Of a stretch of DNA of 64,000 nt, positions 1 through 14,700 are shown in pieces. Within the stretch, counting starts at the first letter, position 1, and each line of letters begins with the position of its first letter. The notes below the pieces were generated by a model. It was not told the DNA's origin and ran no database searches. It saw only the letters and a program-made list of their open reading frames with translations. Position numbers and translations under genes: made by a program. Location: positions 35,278,001 through 35,342,000 of the forward strand of contig OZ004607.1 in NCBI GenBank assembly GCA_963924565.1. Direction: 5' to 3'. This DNA is from Ascidiella aspersa (lineage: Eukaryota).

Positions 1-1699
1 CAGACAGATTCTGTTGTTCGAAAGAAAATTCTGATTATTATGTAAAAATCGATTCAGAAACGAACGACAAAAGTATTGTAATTTCATAGCAATTTACTGG
101 CAAATGTTGCAAAACGGACGACCACTGTTCTAAAATTTGTACACGGTACATACAAAAAAAAATCGAAGGGCAAAAAGCAAAAACCCGGGGAAGACGACGT
201 GAGCTACCGACGCGCGATCCCGAAAGTAATGTGAGGTTGAAAGCCTCTGCTTGCGCCAGTACCCGAAAATAATAAGCCGGTCGATTGTTCGCTACTTGGC
301 AAACTTGCATAGAGAGGCTGTCGGGAGAAATATCAACAGTGGAGGGACGAGGTTCGCGGTATGCTGCGCTGAGTTTTTGTCTTTTCAAAATGCAAACCAT
401 ATGTGCGCTTGTCAGAATGGGCGCCCAATGCGGTGTGGTCCCCAAAATTTGGAAGTGTTTTATTGGAAAGCCTGGTTGCTTTTTAATGCTACATGAAAAC
501 GAACTCTTTTAAGTACTGCTGTTTGTGAACCAGTGGCTTGTGAATTAAAAGCAAATTTCTAAAAAATAATTGGGAATAAAAAATAAAGTCGAAATACTGC
601 GCAGATATGCCACTAGTTTGGGGCATGTTGGACACTTTTCTCTAAAAGGAAATATGTTATGGAAGGGTTACATCACTGTATAAAAAGGAATTTGCCAAAT
701 AGTATTTTAACCAAGTTCACGAGATATAATAACAATTAACCAACACTTCTATCAGCTGAAACATGGTGTAAGTGACAGCTGGTCCAAAGACAGACCTATT
801 TGGATTGAAATACTATAAAACAACAGAAAAGTAAATCCGAGGCGAAAAATTGAAAGAAACCTTGCTCCTGTACGCACTTCAAGTGTAACGGCTAAGGGGT
901 GTTTGGGGGCGTCCTCTGATTATTTCGCTTAAACACTACTATGTCTCAATTACGATCCGCCATTTAAAACGTAGAAGGTCAAAATAAAAAGAAACGATTT
1001 TGAATCGGTCTTCACAGGCAAATCGCTCACACAATGGTATAAGAAAAGTAATTATTTTTGTGGACAAAAATCACAAGGCCACGCAACGAAAAGTATATGT
1101 TAGAAAAGTCAGTCGTTTTACAAAAAGTCTATCGTAGGCTAAAATAGAAAGAAAAAGCAATGCTTCAGTGATTCAAGCCTTTTTTAGTGTCGTTACACCG
1201 TTGGGGGAATTGGTTTAAACTATATACTTTAATTTCGCAATCAAATATTGTACGAACAACACTAAAATGGCCGAATAATTTGCAATCAAATGCACATAAC
1301 AAGTTTAAACAATAGGAAGGCTAAACATTAATTTGTACTGTTAAGCGGTCAACCATTCAATCTCAAATCAATGTAAAAAATTTCCGCCTCCAAACTGTAA
1401 ATTATCCTCACAGACTAAGAACCACTGACCTATAAATACTGCATTTTTTTCGGTGTGGGCTTCATTTTAAAGGGGTGAGGGGTGATATTTGACACTTTTG
1501 TTACTTTGTCAGTTGAAACGCTGGTTTACAAAAGGACTCACTTAGTGCGGGTACACAGAGAAATACAAATAAGCAAACAAAAATGCCGCACGAGATCGAC
1601 AAGCCAGGCGCTGCGCGTTTAAAGTGTAGTTTCAAGCCCCATAAGCGAACAGCCAAAAGTTAAACAAGGAGGATAGGCGTTTTGTAGCTACGTGGCGAT

Positions 1700-1945
1700 G
1701 CAACTCGTTTTCGTTAATTGCGAGGCAAGATTGGTTGAATGACTGCAGTTTGTTTAATGGGAGGTTTTTGTTGAGAACTACGCTGTCTTCCCTTGGCCGA
1801 AACCGGCAAGAGTGCGAAACGGTCAGAAGCGGGTGTTCAAGTTTAGGCCTGTCGTGGGATTCGAACCGACGACCCCTTGTGGTTCTGAACAAGGCAAGGC
1901 AAATCTATTGCTGTGTAAGTTTTACCCGAGCGTACCACAGACAAA
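1700..1945 (-). mobile_element. Probable degenerate tRNA-derived SINE
   Basis: Perfect Pol III B-box GGTTCGAATCCC on the - strand (~1856-1867), a weak A-box-like upstream sequence, no intact cloverleaf; boundaries approximate. Confidence 0.5.
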
Positions 1946-3307
1946 ATTGCGAAAGCTTCTCGATAAATTAATATTACAATAAGCCCGCCCGTAAAAATGG
2001 CACTAGCCCATTTATATGGCTTTCCTTCATCTCAAGAAGCAATTTTCCAGACAAAAATTTGATAAAATTGGCATTTTTTTTTTGCTAAACACCATATTCG
2101 CGAAAGGGGAATTTGGGCTTTTTATGTTTTAAAAAGCGGGTTGAATTATTTTGAAGCTGTCGATTCATAACTAAGCAAAGGAACAGAGGTATTTACAGAA
2201 ACGCGTAGCTTTTTGTAAAAAGTTTTTTAGTACAGTAACTTAGGGATCGAATCTATAAGCTTGTGTAATAAAGGAAATAAGCTTTTATGTACTTGCTTTT
2301 TGGTAGAAAGGTCTGTGGCCGCAAATTAATAAAAATGTGATTTTTATTCTTTTACAAACTGTGGCATTATTGGAAGTTTCCGAAGCTTCTTCGTAAAGAA
2401 ACGCATTGGCTTTCGACTGATATCTGGCGGGCGAATAATTTAGCGTGAAAACGTGGCGCGCTCGATGGCGACCTATTACAGACTACTTACGGGCGGGTTG
2501 AGGCACATTCAAAACAAAGCAAAGTAAAAAAAAAACGAAAAAGACGCGTTTTTTGCTGGAAACCGACAGGGCCGTGCAACGTACGAAAAAAAAAAACGAA
2601 ACAAAAAAAACGAGATCAGGCGAAAACAGGGAATTAAAATCTGGAATTGGAACGCGTGAAAACACAGAAAATAGAACTTATGGTGCTGGGGTTGGAAATA
2701 ATTGAGACGAAAACGTCAGTAACTTGGTCGAGGAGAGAGAGACACGACCGTAGGTGGACTCGCGACATGGACACAGTTGTCGCGTAAATATGGTAGTTGA
2801 TGATTGATGCCGGCGGTTTAAATAGATTTTGACGCCATTTTGATATTAGGACAACTCGAACAATAGTGCAAATTAGCTTCGAAGATCAAGAGTACAATAT
2901 TTGCATTTTTCCACCAGAGAGAGCGTTTTTCTTTCTCCCGAATTTGTACTAAAAACGTCAAACGTTTTACAGAGTACGCCACGATTAAAAACCTTGTTTC
3001 TCGATATTTATTTCTTAACTCAAGATTAATTACTTTTATTTTTATTATTTCGTAGTTACGTTGGGTTGGCTTATCAAGCATAATGATCTGTCCTATATAA
3101 AAGTGCCAGAAAAAACGAAGAAAAAATGAGATATTTTTAGCCGAATGTCGATTAAGCCGGAACCTGTTAAGTTAATTCGTTAAAAAATTTGATCTTATTA
3201 GTCCCAAGTTTGGGCACTAAACCAGGAAGGGCAAGCTAAACGACATGCGACGATTCGGTTGCGACTCGACGTCCACGCGCGGTCGTGTCTACCTTCGAAA
3301 AAGCGAG

Positions 3308-5794
3308 TCACTTCAAGTGCAGCGCGCTCGCGGCCCTTTGTTGCGTCACAGGCGACGCGGCGCTCGTCACACCGTTGCTGTGCACCAGCTGGAGGGGAAT
3401 CCCCGCCGCTCCCGTTGTCGTCTGGAAGCCGGTCGTCATGGGAACGACGGCGGGCATGGTGGGAGGAGGAGGGAGCATGGAGGACACAGAGGAACAGAGG
3501 TAGCGCGCCTGGGGAGGAGCAGATGACGGGAGAAAGCTGGAGGAGCAGGAGGAAATGGTGGAGTGAGTGAGAGGAATTTCAGCACTACTACTGCTGCTTG
3601 TGATAAAGGAAGGCTGCTGGTGTTGCTGCTGTTGTTGTTGCTGTTGGTGCTGTTGTTGCATGCTGATGGCCGACACCGCTTTCACCACGTCCCTGGCGTT
3701 GGCTGCCGCGGCGGCTGAGAGAAAGAACGGAAACGGAAATAAAATTTTGCATTTTTTTTTCAAGTTTTTCCATTACCCCGCATACACGACAAAGATTCAC
3801 GAGAAAGAACGGAGATGTAAGTTTGTGACGTCGCGGTTTGACGTAGGGCTAACTTTGTGATGTCATTTTTTAAAATGTCATGGCTACCCAAACAAAAATC
3901 CTAGATTGGCGACTGGATGTAGGTCAGTTTAAAAAAAAAAGCCTTGTGTAGTTGTTAGCCGGTGTATTCTTCACGTCTAGCCCCTTCCACCCCCTCCACC
4001 CCATCCCTCGCCAAACTGTAATTACTACCGCTTTCGAATTTTTAAGTTTTTCCATTACCCCGCATACACGAGAAAAAATCCACGTTATTTGTCAAATGTT
4101 TTAACTATTTGTTAAACTTCAAGTCAAGCCATTGTCATAAACATAAAACTATAAAACTATTAAAATTGATAATAATCATACGCAATAAACTTAAATAAAA
4201 AATAACCAGCAAGAAATTCTTGTTAGGGGTGTAGTAATCTAAATTTCTGTGTTTAGGGGTGTAGTAACCTAATGTATAAAAACACAATATAATATTTTAA
4301 TTGTTTGTCAAAAAATAATTTTCAAGGCTGCGACGTCGGTATAGGTCACCGGTTCTTCAATCTTTTTTTACTTTTTTAGCAAACCCCAAGGTTATTTCGC
4401 GAGCTTTCGTCGAACCCCACGTTTTCGCTCAGTCACAAAAGCAAAAATCTTTGAGTTTTTTTCAAGCATTTATTCGTTTCCGTTTTTGATCTTTTATATT
4501 TTTAAGTTGCTTTAAAGGCTAATAATATTAACGTTGTGGTGTACCAAGTAATCCTCACCTGAGAGAAAGAACGGAGACGGAAATGCCAGTGACGCTGGAA
4601 CGCCGTCTTCCGTCAACCGGGATTGAGCAGCACCAGCGCGATTTTGCTGGTTCTGCTGGTTGCGATGCAGCTCCGGGAGTTCGATCATCTTCTTCTCCGG
4701 ACCCAGTTGGGTGAGCATCTGCCCCGCGTAGTGCCGACCCTTGTTGGGGCCCATAGGGGACATCCCTAGATGCTTGGACCTAGGGTTCGAATAATTAATA
4801 AATCAACGCATATTAGTTGGGTTAGCGTTTAGGTTTTGGCGCATCAAGTGTCTTTATAGATTTCTATCAGCCTTATTCAATATATAACCAGGAAATTAGT
4901 TTTGATTCCAAGAAATCGTTTGTAAACTTGAATTTAGGATGTCGACCCTAGCTTGGAAGTCTGGTAATGCGCTCAACCCTTTACAACCACCACATTGAAT
5001 GATGCATACCCAAAGAAAGCGATTAGTAAGAAAAAAGTTTGGAGAAATGTATTTAAAATGTTCCTAGTAGTTTTTAATTGAAAAAAAGTAAATTATGTTG
5101 ACCCTATAGTTTTTACATGTCCTTTAATATATGATAGTCTAAAATATTTAAGATACAAAACTGTTGTTAAACATTTATTTCACAAAAACTCGATTTTCTT
5201 TATTTAGATTAAAAAAAAACGAGGTAAATTAAAATAAACTTGATCTGTTGTAGAAAACTGCGCCGTCAATGCTGACCACTAATCTCTATAAAACCTCCTA
5301 ACCTTATTATGTTATAGAGATCAGTGCCCCTGAGCAAGAACTGTTAGGGGTTCTTCAACTATATTTACGGCGGACCCTTAAATTTTTAGGAGAAAAATTT
5401 TCAAAAATGACGTCATATATTGACGTCATAATAAAATTTTAATTTTTATTGTTTTAATTTTATTTAAAGTTATTTTATAAATTGATTACTTCTTAAATAT
5501 ACACTGCCATTTCCATTAGGCCTTACTGGACCACCTAAAACTAGTTCACGGACCCCCAAGGGCACCCCAGTTTTAAAAACCCTGATCCATGAAGAAGGGT
5601 CGTGACTTTTTTAGTGACACCTGCCAGTAATACCTGTCAGTGACTTGGTTGGGGACTTCTCGCGATGGGTTCATGGGTGAGAAGGAGGAGTTGGTCTGGA
5701 ATGTGAAGGCGGGGTTGTTGTGGAACGAGGGCTGCTGAGGTTGGGTCTGCTGGGGGTGACAGTGGGTGGGTGAATCGGGAGAGGACATCGAACC
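3308..5794 (-). CDS. POU2: POU2 C-terminal exons (5794-5634, 4779-4559, 3714-3308): Q/P/S/T-rich low-complexity region
   Basis: GC-richer open frames with canonical splice sites and matching phases (0/2, 2/1, 1/stop); contain polyQ, polyS and polyP runs. Confidence 0.82.
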
Positions 5795-8700
5795 CTGGGG
5801 AAAAAATAAAATAAATGCTTCGTTTTCATTTTTGTTGTTTAAAGCTGTCGCAAAAAAAAAATATTCGTTTAAAATGGACTCCAAATCGCACAACAACATA
5901 AATTGGTTTAAAATTTTTCCCATAGTTTGCTATTTTTGTTTTTTCCTTTTATTTTTTTCAGTGATTCAGGACTTAAAGGGCATAAATCAAAATAAACTTT
6001 CGTTTTTATGTTTGAGGTAAGGGGCAGACTTGGACAACTAGATTTATTTTAGCTTTTTAAAGTTAGATTAGAATTTAAAATTAGAGCATTTAACTTTTTC
6101 ACAGTGGGTGGGTAAGTCGGGAGTGGAAATCGAACCCTGGGTAAAAATTAAACTCAAGTTTCGTTCTGAATTTAGAAAAATTGTGGTTAAAAATTGAAAG
6201 GGGTTCATAACACTGATTTTAAAACTGTGTTTAACAAACAACCACTGATTCAAAATTTCTGTACGGAGCATTTTTGTCTTCATATTTTTGCTATCTTTAT
6301 TTTTTCCTTTCATTTTTTTTGTGTGATTCAGGACTTAAAGGGCATAAATCAAAATAAATGTTTCGTTTTAACTTTTGAGGCGTGTTGATATTGTCGTTTA
6401 AAATGAACTGTCAAACTCACAACATAAAATGAAGGGTTTACAACGAGGATTGCTCCACCGCGCCGCAATAGTTTTGTGTTAATTATACGCATAAAGCCAG
6501 GATTGCGAGACCAGAACCTACCTCTGTATGGGCTTTTTGTTTTATACAACTTTGAAAAACCCATGATTTTCTACCTGCCGCGCCGCGTTAGTTCTCTATT
6601 ATTTGCACAAAAGCAAGAGTGTGAGATTGCATTAATATTTATTGTAAAATTGTTTGTAATAACAAGAATGTGTTAAAGGCGATTTTCGTGTTATCAAAAT
6701 GCAGGATGGTATCGGTGCCGATCCGATAGCAAATTAAAGTAGGTATTTCATCCATGATTTGCCATTTAATGCAGCAACTTCTGTCTTGAAGGGTAAATTC
6801 ATCAAAATAAAGTAGGTTAATAACTGTAGACCTCTTAACGCTAAGGCAAACTTAGGCCTATTAACCTGGAAAAACTATCGTTCAACGTTTTAATGTAATT
6901 TATCTCGCTTGTTTGGGCGTAGTAGTAACATCTGATAGGATCGCTATAGTTTTGTCTAAAATACCGGGTAACGGGATTAAAATCTTCAACCATGTGCATA
7001 GAAAAATAAATTTTGGGTTAACGCGGACCAGGGTATAAACGAACTTCTTTCATAAGTTAATGTTACAAAACAAGTATAGACCTTTGAAACCTGCTGTTTT
7101 TGGTCCAAAAATGTTGAAATGGAATCTAAATACATAAGATGCTAATTTAAAAAAAAAAAAATATTTTGAAAATTGAATCAGATATTTAGGCCTTTGTGGA
7201 TCCACGGACACCAATTTAACAAGGTCTGGCCTAGTGAAGCAACTGAAAGTGTGTCCTCACCTCGTTGGATTGCTGCTCATGCATCGCTATCCGCTTTTCC
7301 TTCTGCCTTCTGTTGCAGAACCAAACCCGCACCACCTCCTTGTCAAGACTGCATTCCTCCGCTATGTTGTGAAGGTCTTCCGAGTTCGGTTTCGGGTTCT
7401 GAGCAAAGCAAGGGACGGGATGGGTTAGATTTAACAAATTTGAGTGGACGTTGTAACCAGGGTTGTCTAACACTTTTGGAATGAAGTTTGATAAAATTCA
7501 ACGAATTTTAAGATACGTTGTAACCCAGGGGTGCCTAACTCTTTTGGAATGAAATTTAATACCATTCAACGAATTTTCAAATTACATTTATAAGTTTTTA
7601 AAGACTTAGAGTTGGATCGCTCGACGTTTTTCAAATGTAATTTGAAAACAAAAACAGTATAAACGCCATGTGGTCAACACAATAACAAATATCTTCATTA
7701 AGAAAACATGTTGCGGGCCGAAGTTTGGTGACCACTGCACTAGACGAACAGTCTATCATTCTGATATGTTTATAATGTTTTCCTTTTTATTCACTTTATA
7801 ATTCCAACGTTAAAATACGAGATGAGTTACTTTTGATAGAAAGGTTGTTTCTGGCCAACCGCAATAACCTTCAATGTGAAAAATGGAGGAAATTTACCAC
7901 GGACAAACTGTCTGGTAACGAACAACATTTGACCCCAATCCTGGTTCAGAAAACACGTGACCAGAATCCGTGACCATTTAGAGAAAAAAAACTAGGGTAA
8001 AGGTCAGAGGAAAACTGGGGGTCACAAAATCCCGTGTAGAAAAAAAAATTAAAAAACTTTCGATGTCCGGAGCGGTTTACGAAACGCAGCCAAAACTACC
8101 CGGAGATCGAAAAAAGAAAAAAAAAAATGACAAGACTCCTTGAGTGCAAAGCAATATAAACACAATTCGCCTCCTGCGAAAATACAATTTCGTGGAATCG
8201 AAGCGCAAAGCAATGGTGATGACGTCACATATATGGTCGTGCAGTTTTGTGGGACGATCGTGATAGACCAACAGTCGCCGCCAGACAGGGAATATTAAAG
8301 CGGGATTTTAGTTTGATTTGCTGCAAACTTACACTGAGTTTTGCGGCATCGTATCTAGGGACCTATGTGATTCGTGTATGCTTTACGCAATGTAAGTATA
8401 CACGAAGCTAACTGCAGTACGTTGCAGTTGAAACGAATTCTTTTCGCGTTGTGGCAGGTTCAAAAAGTTGTTTTACAAACCGAAAACAGAAGAAGGGCAT
8501 TTGAAGGGAAAATTTGTGAAACTATAAAGAAATCCGCGTACGTCGTAATTGATCGGATTTAATTCATTTAACTGTGGTTCAAATATCGTCAAGAATTTTA
8601 TTAAAAATTAAAACACAAACGACATGGACACCTAATAAAATTATATTGACTAAAATATACAATACAATAACTTTAAAATGTTATTCCCAAAACCATAGCA

Positions 8701-11700
8701 CTACGAAATCCGTCCATGCAATTTTTTCCAACAACGCTAAATAAAAAAGTTACTTGGCGAGGTAAAAGCCAAAACACTATTTCCAAATTACGACTTGGAT
8801 GTGTTAGGATTATACAACTAACAAAGGGAGGAACTATTCAGTTACGAGTTTTTCACTCGTTTCCTCATAGATGTGATAAAACGTTATTTTAATGTTTTAT
8901 TGTGTACATTAAACTGAGAAGGGCTATTGCGTGGACTGGTGGCATCGATGCCGGCAAAATGGCGACCAAGTGCAATCGGCAAGTACGACTTAGGCGACAG
9001 CTTAGCCCAGTGGTTCTTAAAGTTATTTTAATATTCCTCCCTTACAGCACAAACACTGTTAAATCGTCCCCAGCAAAACACACAGAGTATACTACCTTTT
9101 TTATTTATTAATTTAATGTACTCTGCTGACCAAAAAAAACGTAAAACTAAGCTACAGGAAAAAGTCGATGAAATAACAAACCTACAGGATAAAAGTTGAC
9201 AAAAACCATATGTAAAACTGCAATAGACACATCTGTGCCAAAAGTCAAGACTTGTTACACAATTTGGATGCGTAGGCATTATTTTTATAACTATGTAAAA
9301 ATGCCTGCATTGGTGTATATTTGTTAAATGGTTGTAACTGTGCAGAAACAGTAGATTTTTTGAGCCCAATAGATTCTTTACAATGCCACTCATTACAGCC
9401 AAATACCCCATTAAATAACTTAATCTATTTTACCTCCCCAAATCCTCCTTAGAACAAATTTCATCCTTAAATTTAAAAATTTATCCCAAATTGTGCCGTA
9501 AATCTCGCAAACATTTTTCGCAAAGGCGTCGCGAGAAAAAGTTTTACCAACTATAATGGGTCGATTGATAAAAATAAGAGCGATTCGATCCTGTTTGTTT
9601 TCGAGCAACGTAAAAAATAATCTAATTTTATCAACGGTTTCGTTTTTAGGACACCAGCATGAACCGCTTTAGAAACTGTGCGCCATTTTTTATTTTCCCG
9701 CGCTAGGTAATAGACAGGGTTACCACTCCGTGCTTATTTTTAAGATCAAAGGATCGGCGGCACCTGTGAGTTAGAGCAGAAACGGTGCTAATCAAATTCA
9801 CGACTCGCATCCTGTCACTTGTAGGTAAATGTAAGAGGCGGTATATAAAAAGCGCAAGCCTGTATTTGAATCTAACCGCATCCTGCATAGTTGGAACGAG
9901 AACAGGGTGGCAGCGCAGGGGAAGGTTTCCTAAGACCGAAGTAATAATAGGCCAGTGCACAGGGCCACTTGAATAGAGGTCGCTTATGAGAGTTAGAGGT
10001 GACAAAATTACACAAAAAAGGGGAAAATTGTGGTTTATTAAAGTGGATTCCTGTTTTTTAACACTTTTTAAGGTCGTTTGTTCTTGTGCCGAGCCACATT
10101 ACATATACATTGAATTTCTGTAGGGCAGGTTCCAAATTGCAAATTAAAAATGCCACTTCAATAGCGGTGGCTTACTGATAGGTGACAAAATTACACAAAA
10201 TAGGGGAAAATTGTGGTTGGTTGTTTTAAATGCGCAAATGCAGACACTCTGGACAAGCGTGGGTAAAAAAGTACGGCTTAAGTCAGATACATGGATTTTA
10301 ATTAGCATTTGGGTTTGAATTGTCTCATTAAAGAGCACCTTTTTAAAAGTACGATCATGGATTTTGTGGTTTTAAAGATCTGGAGAATTTAGTACAAATT
10401 TAAATAAATACTACTTGGACTTTAATCTGGCAGAATCAGTGTATTAGACAAATTGGGACATATCAACCACCATGTTTTTAAAATAAGTGCAAAGTTATTA
10501 TATTACGGAGTAACTTACTAAGCAGTATTTCAGCACCACACATACAACTAGTCAAAAGTCTACGAGTCTTTTAACAGAACTAAAAAAAATCGAAGTATAT
10601 CGAGCCTACAGCCCTATTTTACTGTTATTTGCAACTGCAAGTTTGCCAAAATCAAGCTCCTAGAAAACATATTATAATTCCAGATTATAATTTAATGTTA
10701 TGGAAAACAGATTATATTTCCGTTTATGTTTTGGTTTGGTTAGCGCTTTTATACACCGGGCGATAATGTCTGTTGCCAAATCATCACAGGAATTATTATA
10801 ACAGTCAGGAAGGCGCAATTAAGACAACGCCCTTTGTCTTTAAATTCGAGCGCATTCAGCAAGCAATCTTCTTTTAAGTGCAAATTACGCCTCGTTTGCA
10901 TTCAGGAGCAACGATCTCTCAAGGATTAAGTCGAGATTATACGGTGCGCGGTTCACGTGGAACAACTGTTATTTGAATACTAAGGATGAAGCACTCGCAG
11001 TCATAACAGCGACGGAATTGTTTGGGCTCAATTTTGGGGGGATCAGGCCTTGCGATCAATTATCTTTATCTACGGTCGTGCTGAGAGGGATAAGCTTCAA
11101 TATAAACGTCAACAATCGAATTTTTTGAAAATAAACAAAACACAGAAAAGTCGGCTTCGGTAAAAGTGGCAAACAAACAAGCTTTTTCTAAACATGCTAT
11201 TAAACTAATTTTTCTTTTCTAAAGTATGTTGTGATACATCAATCATCTTTATCTACGATCGTTCTGAGAGGGATTAAGCTTTAACATAAACGTCAACAAT
11301 CGAATTTTTTGAAAATAAACAAAACACAGAAAAGTCGGCTTCGGTAAAAGTTGCAAACAAACATGAAAACAGGAATATCGGGGCCTTTTCCATATTATAG
11401 GAAGTTTAAGCTTTGAAACACCAATCGCCGTTATCTCGGTCGTTCTGAGAGGGATAAATCTTTGACTATTACGTTAACAATACATTTTTTTGAAAATAAA
11501 CAAAGCACAGAAAAGTCAGCTTCGGCGAATGTTGCAAACAAACAAGGAAAAGATTGTATCGGGGATTTTTTCCATATTATAGGAAAAAAATATATTTTTT
11601 AAATTATGTTGTGATACAATCACCCTTATCTAGGTCGTTCCGAGATGAAATAAACTTTAATTATTACGTCAACAATCCCCTTTTTTGAAAATAAGCAAAA

Positions 11701-14700
11701 CAAGTCAGCTTCGGCGAAGGTTGCAAACATACATGGATACAAGTGTATCGAGGCCTTTTTCCATGTTATAGGAAATTGTTTAATTTTTTTTATATAAATT
11801 ACGCTGTTCTGCATCAATCGCCCTTATCTGGGCAGTTCTGACCGGGATAGAACTTTAATTATTACGTCAACAATCCATTTTTTAAAACATAAACAAAACA
11901 CATAAAAACACCTTCGACAAAAAGTAAAAAACAGCGTTAGCAAAGAGACGATTTTTTTGATCGGTAGTTGTCCGACAGTTTAGGTCGCTATCAGTTCCGA
12001 TCCCACTCCGAAGACCGAAAGGTAAGTAATGAAAGGTGACAAACGTACCGGCAACAACTATCTTTTTTGATTACGTTTATTCTGTAACATTTTCAGCAAA
12101 CAAGTTGTTTTATCGCGTACTATCCAGGCTTCGATAGGTTGAAGGTATTGTTTACATTAGAATAAAGAATTCAAGACACTTCAATAATAGACTAGAATCA
12201 TTTGTAAAAAGTTAATGTTCTGTTTTTCACTTGAAAAATTTTAAATCTATTTATTACGATGTTAATATTTGTGTTCGATATAGTTCGTTGTAATGAATGT
12301 TTTTACGTTAGTTAACACATAGCGGGTGTTAATGTATTTCCGACTTGTAAAAATGTATTTAATGTATTCAAAACACGAAAAATAAAACATGACCTAATAA
12401 CAGTATTTTATTATCATTTTTTAACCTAAATGTAGAATGAATATTAAGTCCATAAACAACTATAGGCTACAAGTCATTTAATACAGACCCTATATCAAAC
12501 GGCTGATTAAAACCTCCACTCAAAATAAACTAAAATAATATTGGGTAATTGTTTTTTAAAAAAATGTACAAAGCTGTTTGTTTGACCGCAAGCCAAAGGC
12601 ACTAATGCCGATGATTTTTTTAATTGTTTCTAAGTACCACACGTTACATCATAATTTGTTATTTTAATTACGTTTTTTTTTTGTATATACAGTTACACTT
12701 TGTGCGTGTTTTGCACACAAATAAAAAAAAAATTAATAAAATACCTAACGCTGGTTGCGTGGCAATATCAACAAACTTTTACAATGGACAGAAGAATAAC
12801 CGCATCATTGAAACAATGCCTAGCAGCACACTTGCACAACTAGATTTATTTTAGCTTTTTAAAATTAGATTAGAATTAGAATTAGATTGTTTTAAGTTTT
12901 TTCAAATTAGATTAGAATTAGAATTACCGAATTCCAAAAAAAAAAAATTTTAACTAGAATTTCAACTAGAATCACATTCAACTATTTACAACCAATTTAA
13001 TTTAATCGCAAAGTATTCTTATAAGAGTGTGAATGGTAAATATGTGTGTGCTAATTTTTAGGCCTTTTTATGCTTTTTAGACTGTAAAAATTATATACAA
13101 GTCGTTCTGACCAAAGAGTTTTAATTAAAATTTTGTGTTTTAACCGAGTCACTAAAAATGCCGTAGGACAAAGTAGCATTTTTGGAAAAATCTGAACTAA
13201 ATTAGAACTAGAATTATAGCACACAGGCAATTCATAAATTAGATTGGAATTAGAATTAGCCGCATTTTGCTCAAATTCAATGAATTAGAAAACTAGAATT
13301 ATCTAGTTGTCCAAGTCTGCCTAGCAGCAACAGGATATTCATTTTCGCAAGAAAAAAGTTAAAACCACTGCTGTAAACCAAAGTCAAGTTGAGTCCAAAC
13401 AAAATGGCCATCGGGGAAATTTCGCACAACCACACAAGGCGCCGTTGAATTTGTATGCTAATCAACCGTGGACCAAGCTCGTCAAACTCGTGCTTAAATA
13501 TGGATATTGTAAACAAGTAAAGAGCAGTCTCTGCTCGCATACATTTGCTGCATTGTTTCGCCAACCCGACAGCGATTTGGATAAACAAACAAAGACTGAA
13601 TTTAAATGGAACTTTTTTGTTTATTTGGGCAACAGATCCGACCTATTGGCGGTAATACTGCTGACTAAAATCTTAAAAAAGTAATCATTTGTTGCGCTAT
13701 ATTTTACTTAAAGGTGGTTTCTTTTAACTGCATATTCATCGCATTGCGTCGACAATTCAACATTAATTTAAATAAACAAAGAAAAACTCAATTAAACTGC
13801 GGTGTTTCTGTTAACAGGGCTCACAATGCAGTAACCAAGTCTAAGATTGAATTATGTATTTCTAACGCTGAACATGAAAATAAGTTACACGGTTAAAATA
13901 ATGGATTTTAATGTCGCTTTAGCAGACAAGTCATTCCCGCGGTTAGACATATAATCTAAACATCAGTTTAACACAGGGGTTCTTAAACTGTGGTTCATGG
14001 ACGGACAACTTCGGGAAACGCGGGCTAGTTTAGGAGGATCCATAAGAGGCCAAATTATAACTAAAATCACAGTTGAGACATTTTTTTCAAACAAAGATTT
14101 TAATTGAAAACAAGACTCGTGTCGCCTTCTCGTTGAATGGATTTAGACTTCAAATAAGTTTCAAATTTTTTTGACCAAAAACAGCAGATTTCTTAAGCAA
14201 TTTAATTTAAAACCCCACAGTTCTGAAAATTTAATTTTGCCCCGGTTCACAGTGACCAAAAATAATATTGGAGGGTTGCGGTAAAATAGTTTATAAACCC
14301 TAGTTTGTTTCCTGGGTCAACGTGACGTCGTGCTTCGCCCAAGCGCGAATCGACGCCCTCGGACAAATGCCATTGCTTATTTGGATCGATGTGTGAAGGG
14401 CAACACGAACGAAACGCGAGACAAAATGGCAGACGACGATTTCTGCACTTCTACGAACACGTTTTCTACAGCTTTCGGGGAAGCGGTTATTCCTGGAAGG
14501 GGGTGGGGGGTCCATGAGGGGGGCTGAGAATTGGCGGCGGCCCCAAAACGTGCGCGCGCATCCAATTAAACGCCGCCGCGCCAATTTAGCCAGATTTTCG
14601 AGCGAGAATCATGCAAATCGATATTTTTTGACTTGATATATGAGAGGGAATACGTGCGAAATGTTGCGAGCTGCAAGACCGATGCGGACATACGTGCGTA

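Noticed and set aside
38-512. Overlapping ORFs at the window start
   Set aside because: No recognisable domain or splice-supported structure.
1840-1945. Functional tRNA gene
   Set aside because: Only the B-box/T-arm is intact, with no convincing acceptor or anticodon stems; better explained as a SINE head.
3245-3860. Several + strand ORFs, including a poly-Cys ORF (3567-3860)
   Set aside because: Antisense shadows of the GC-rich last POU2 exon; the poly-Cys is the reverse complement of the polyQ codons.
5621-5634. Alternative donor CAG|GTGTCA 13 nt downstream of the chosen donor
   Set aside because: Phase 0 is incompatible with the next exon's phase-2 acceptor, and the consensus is weak.
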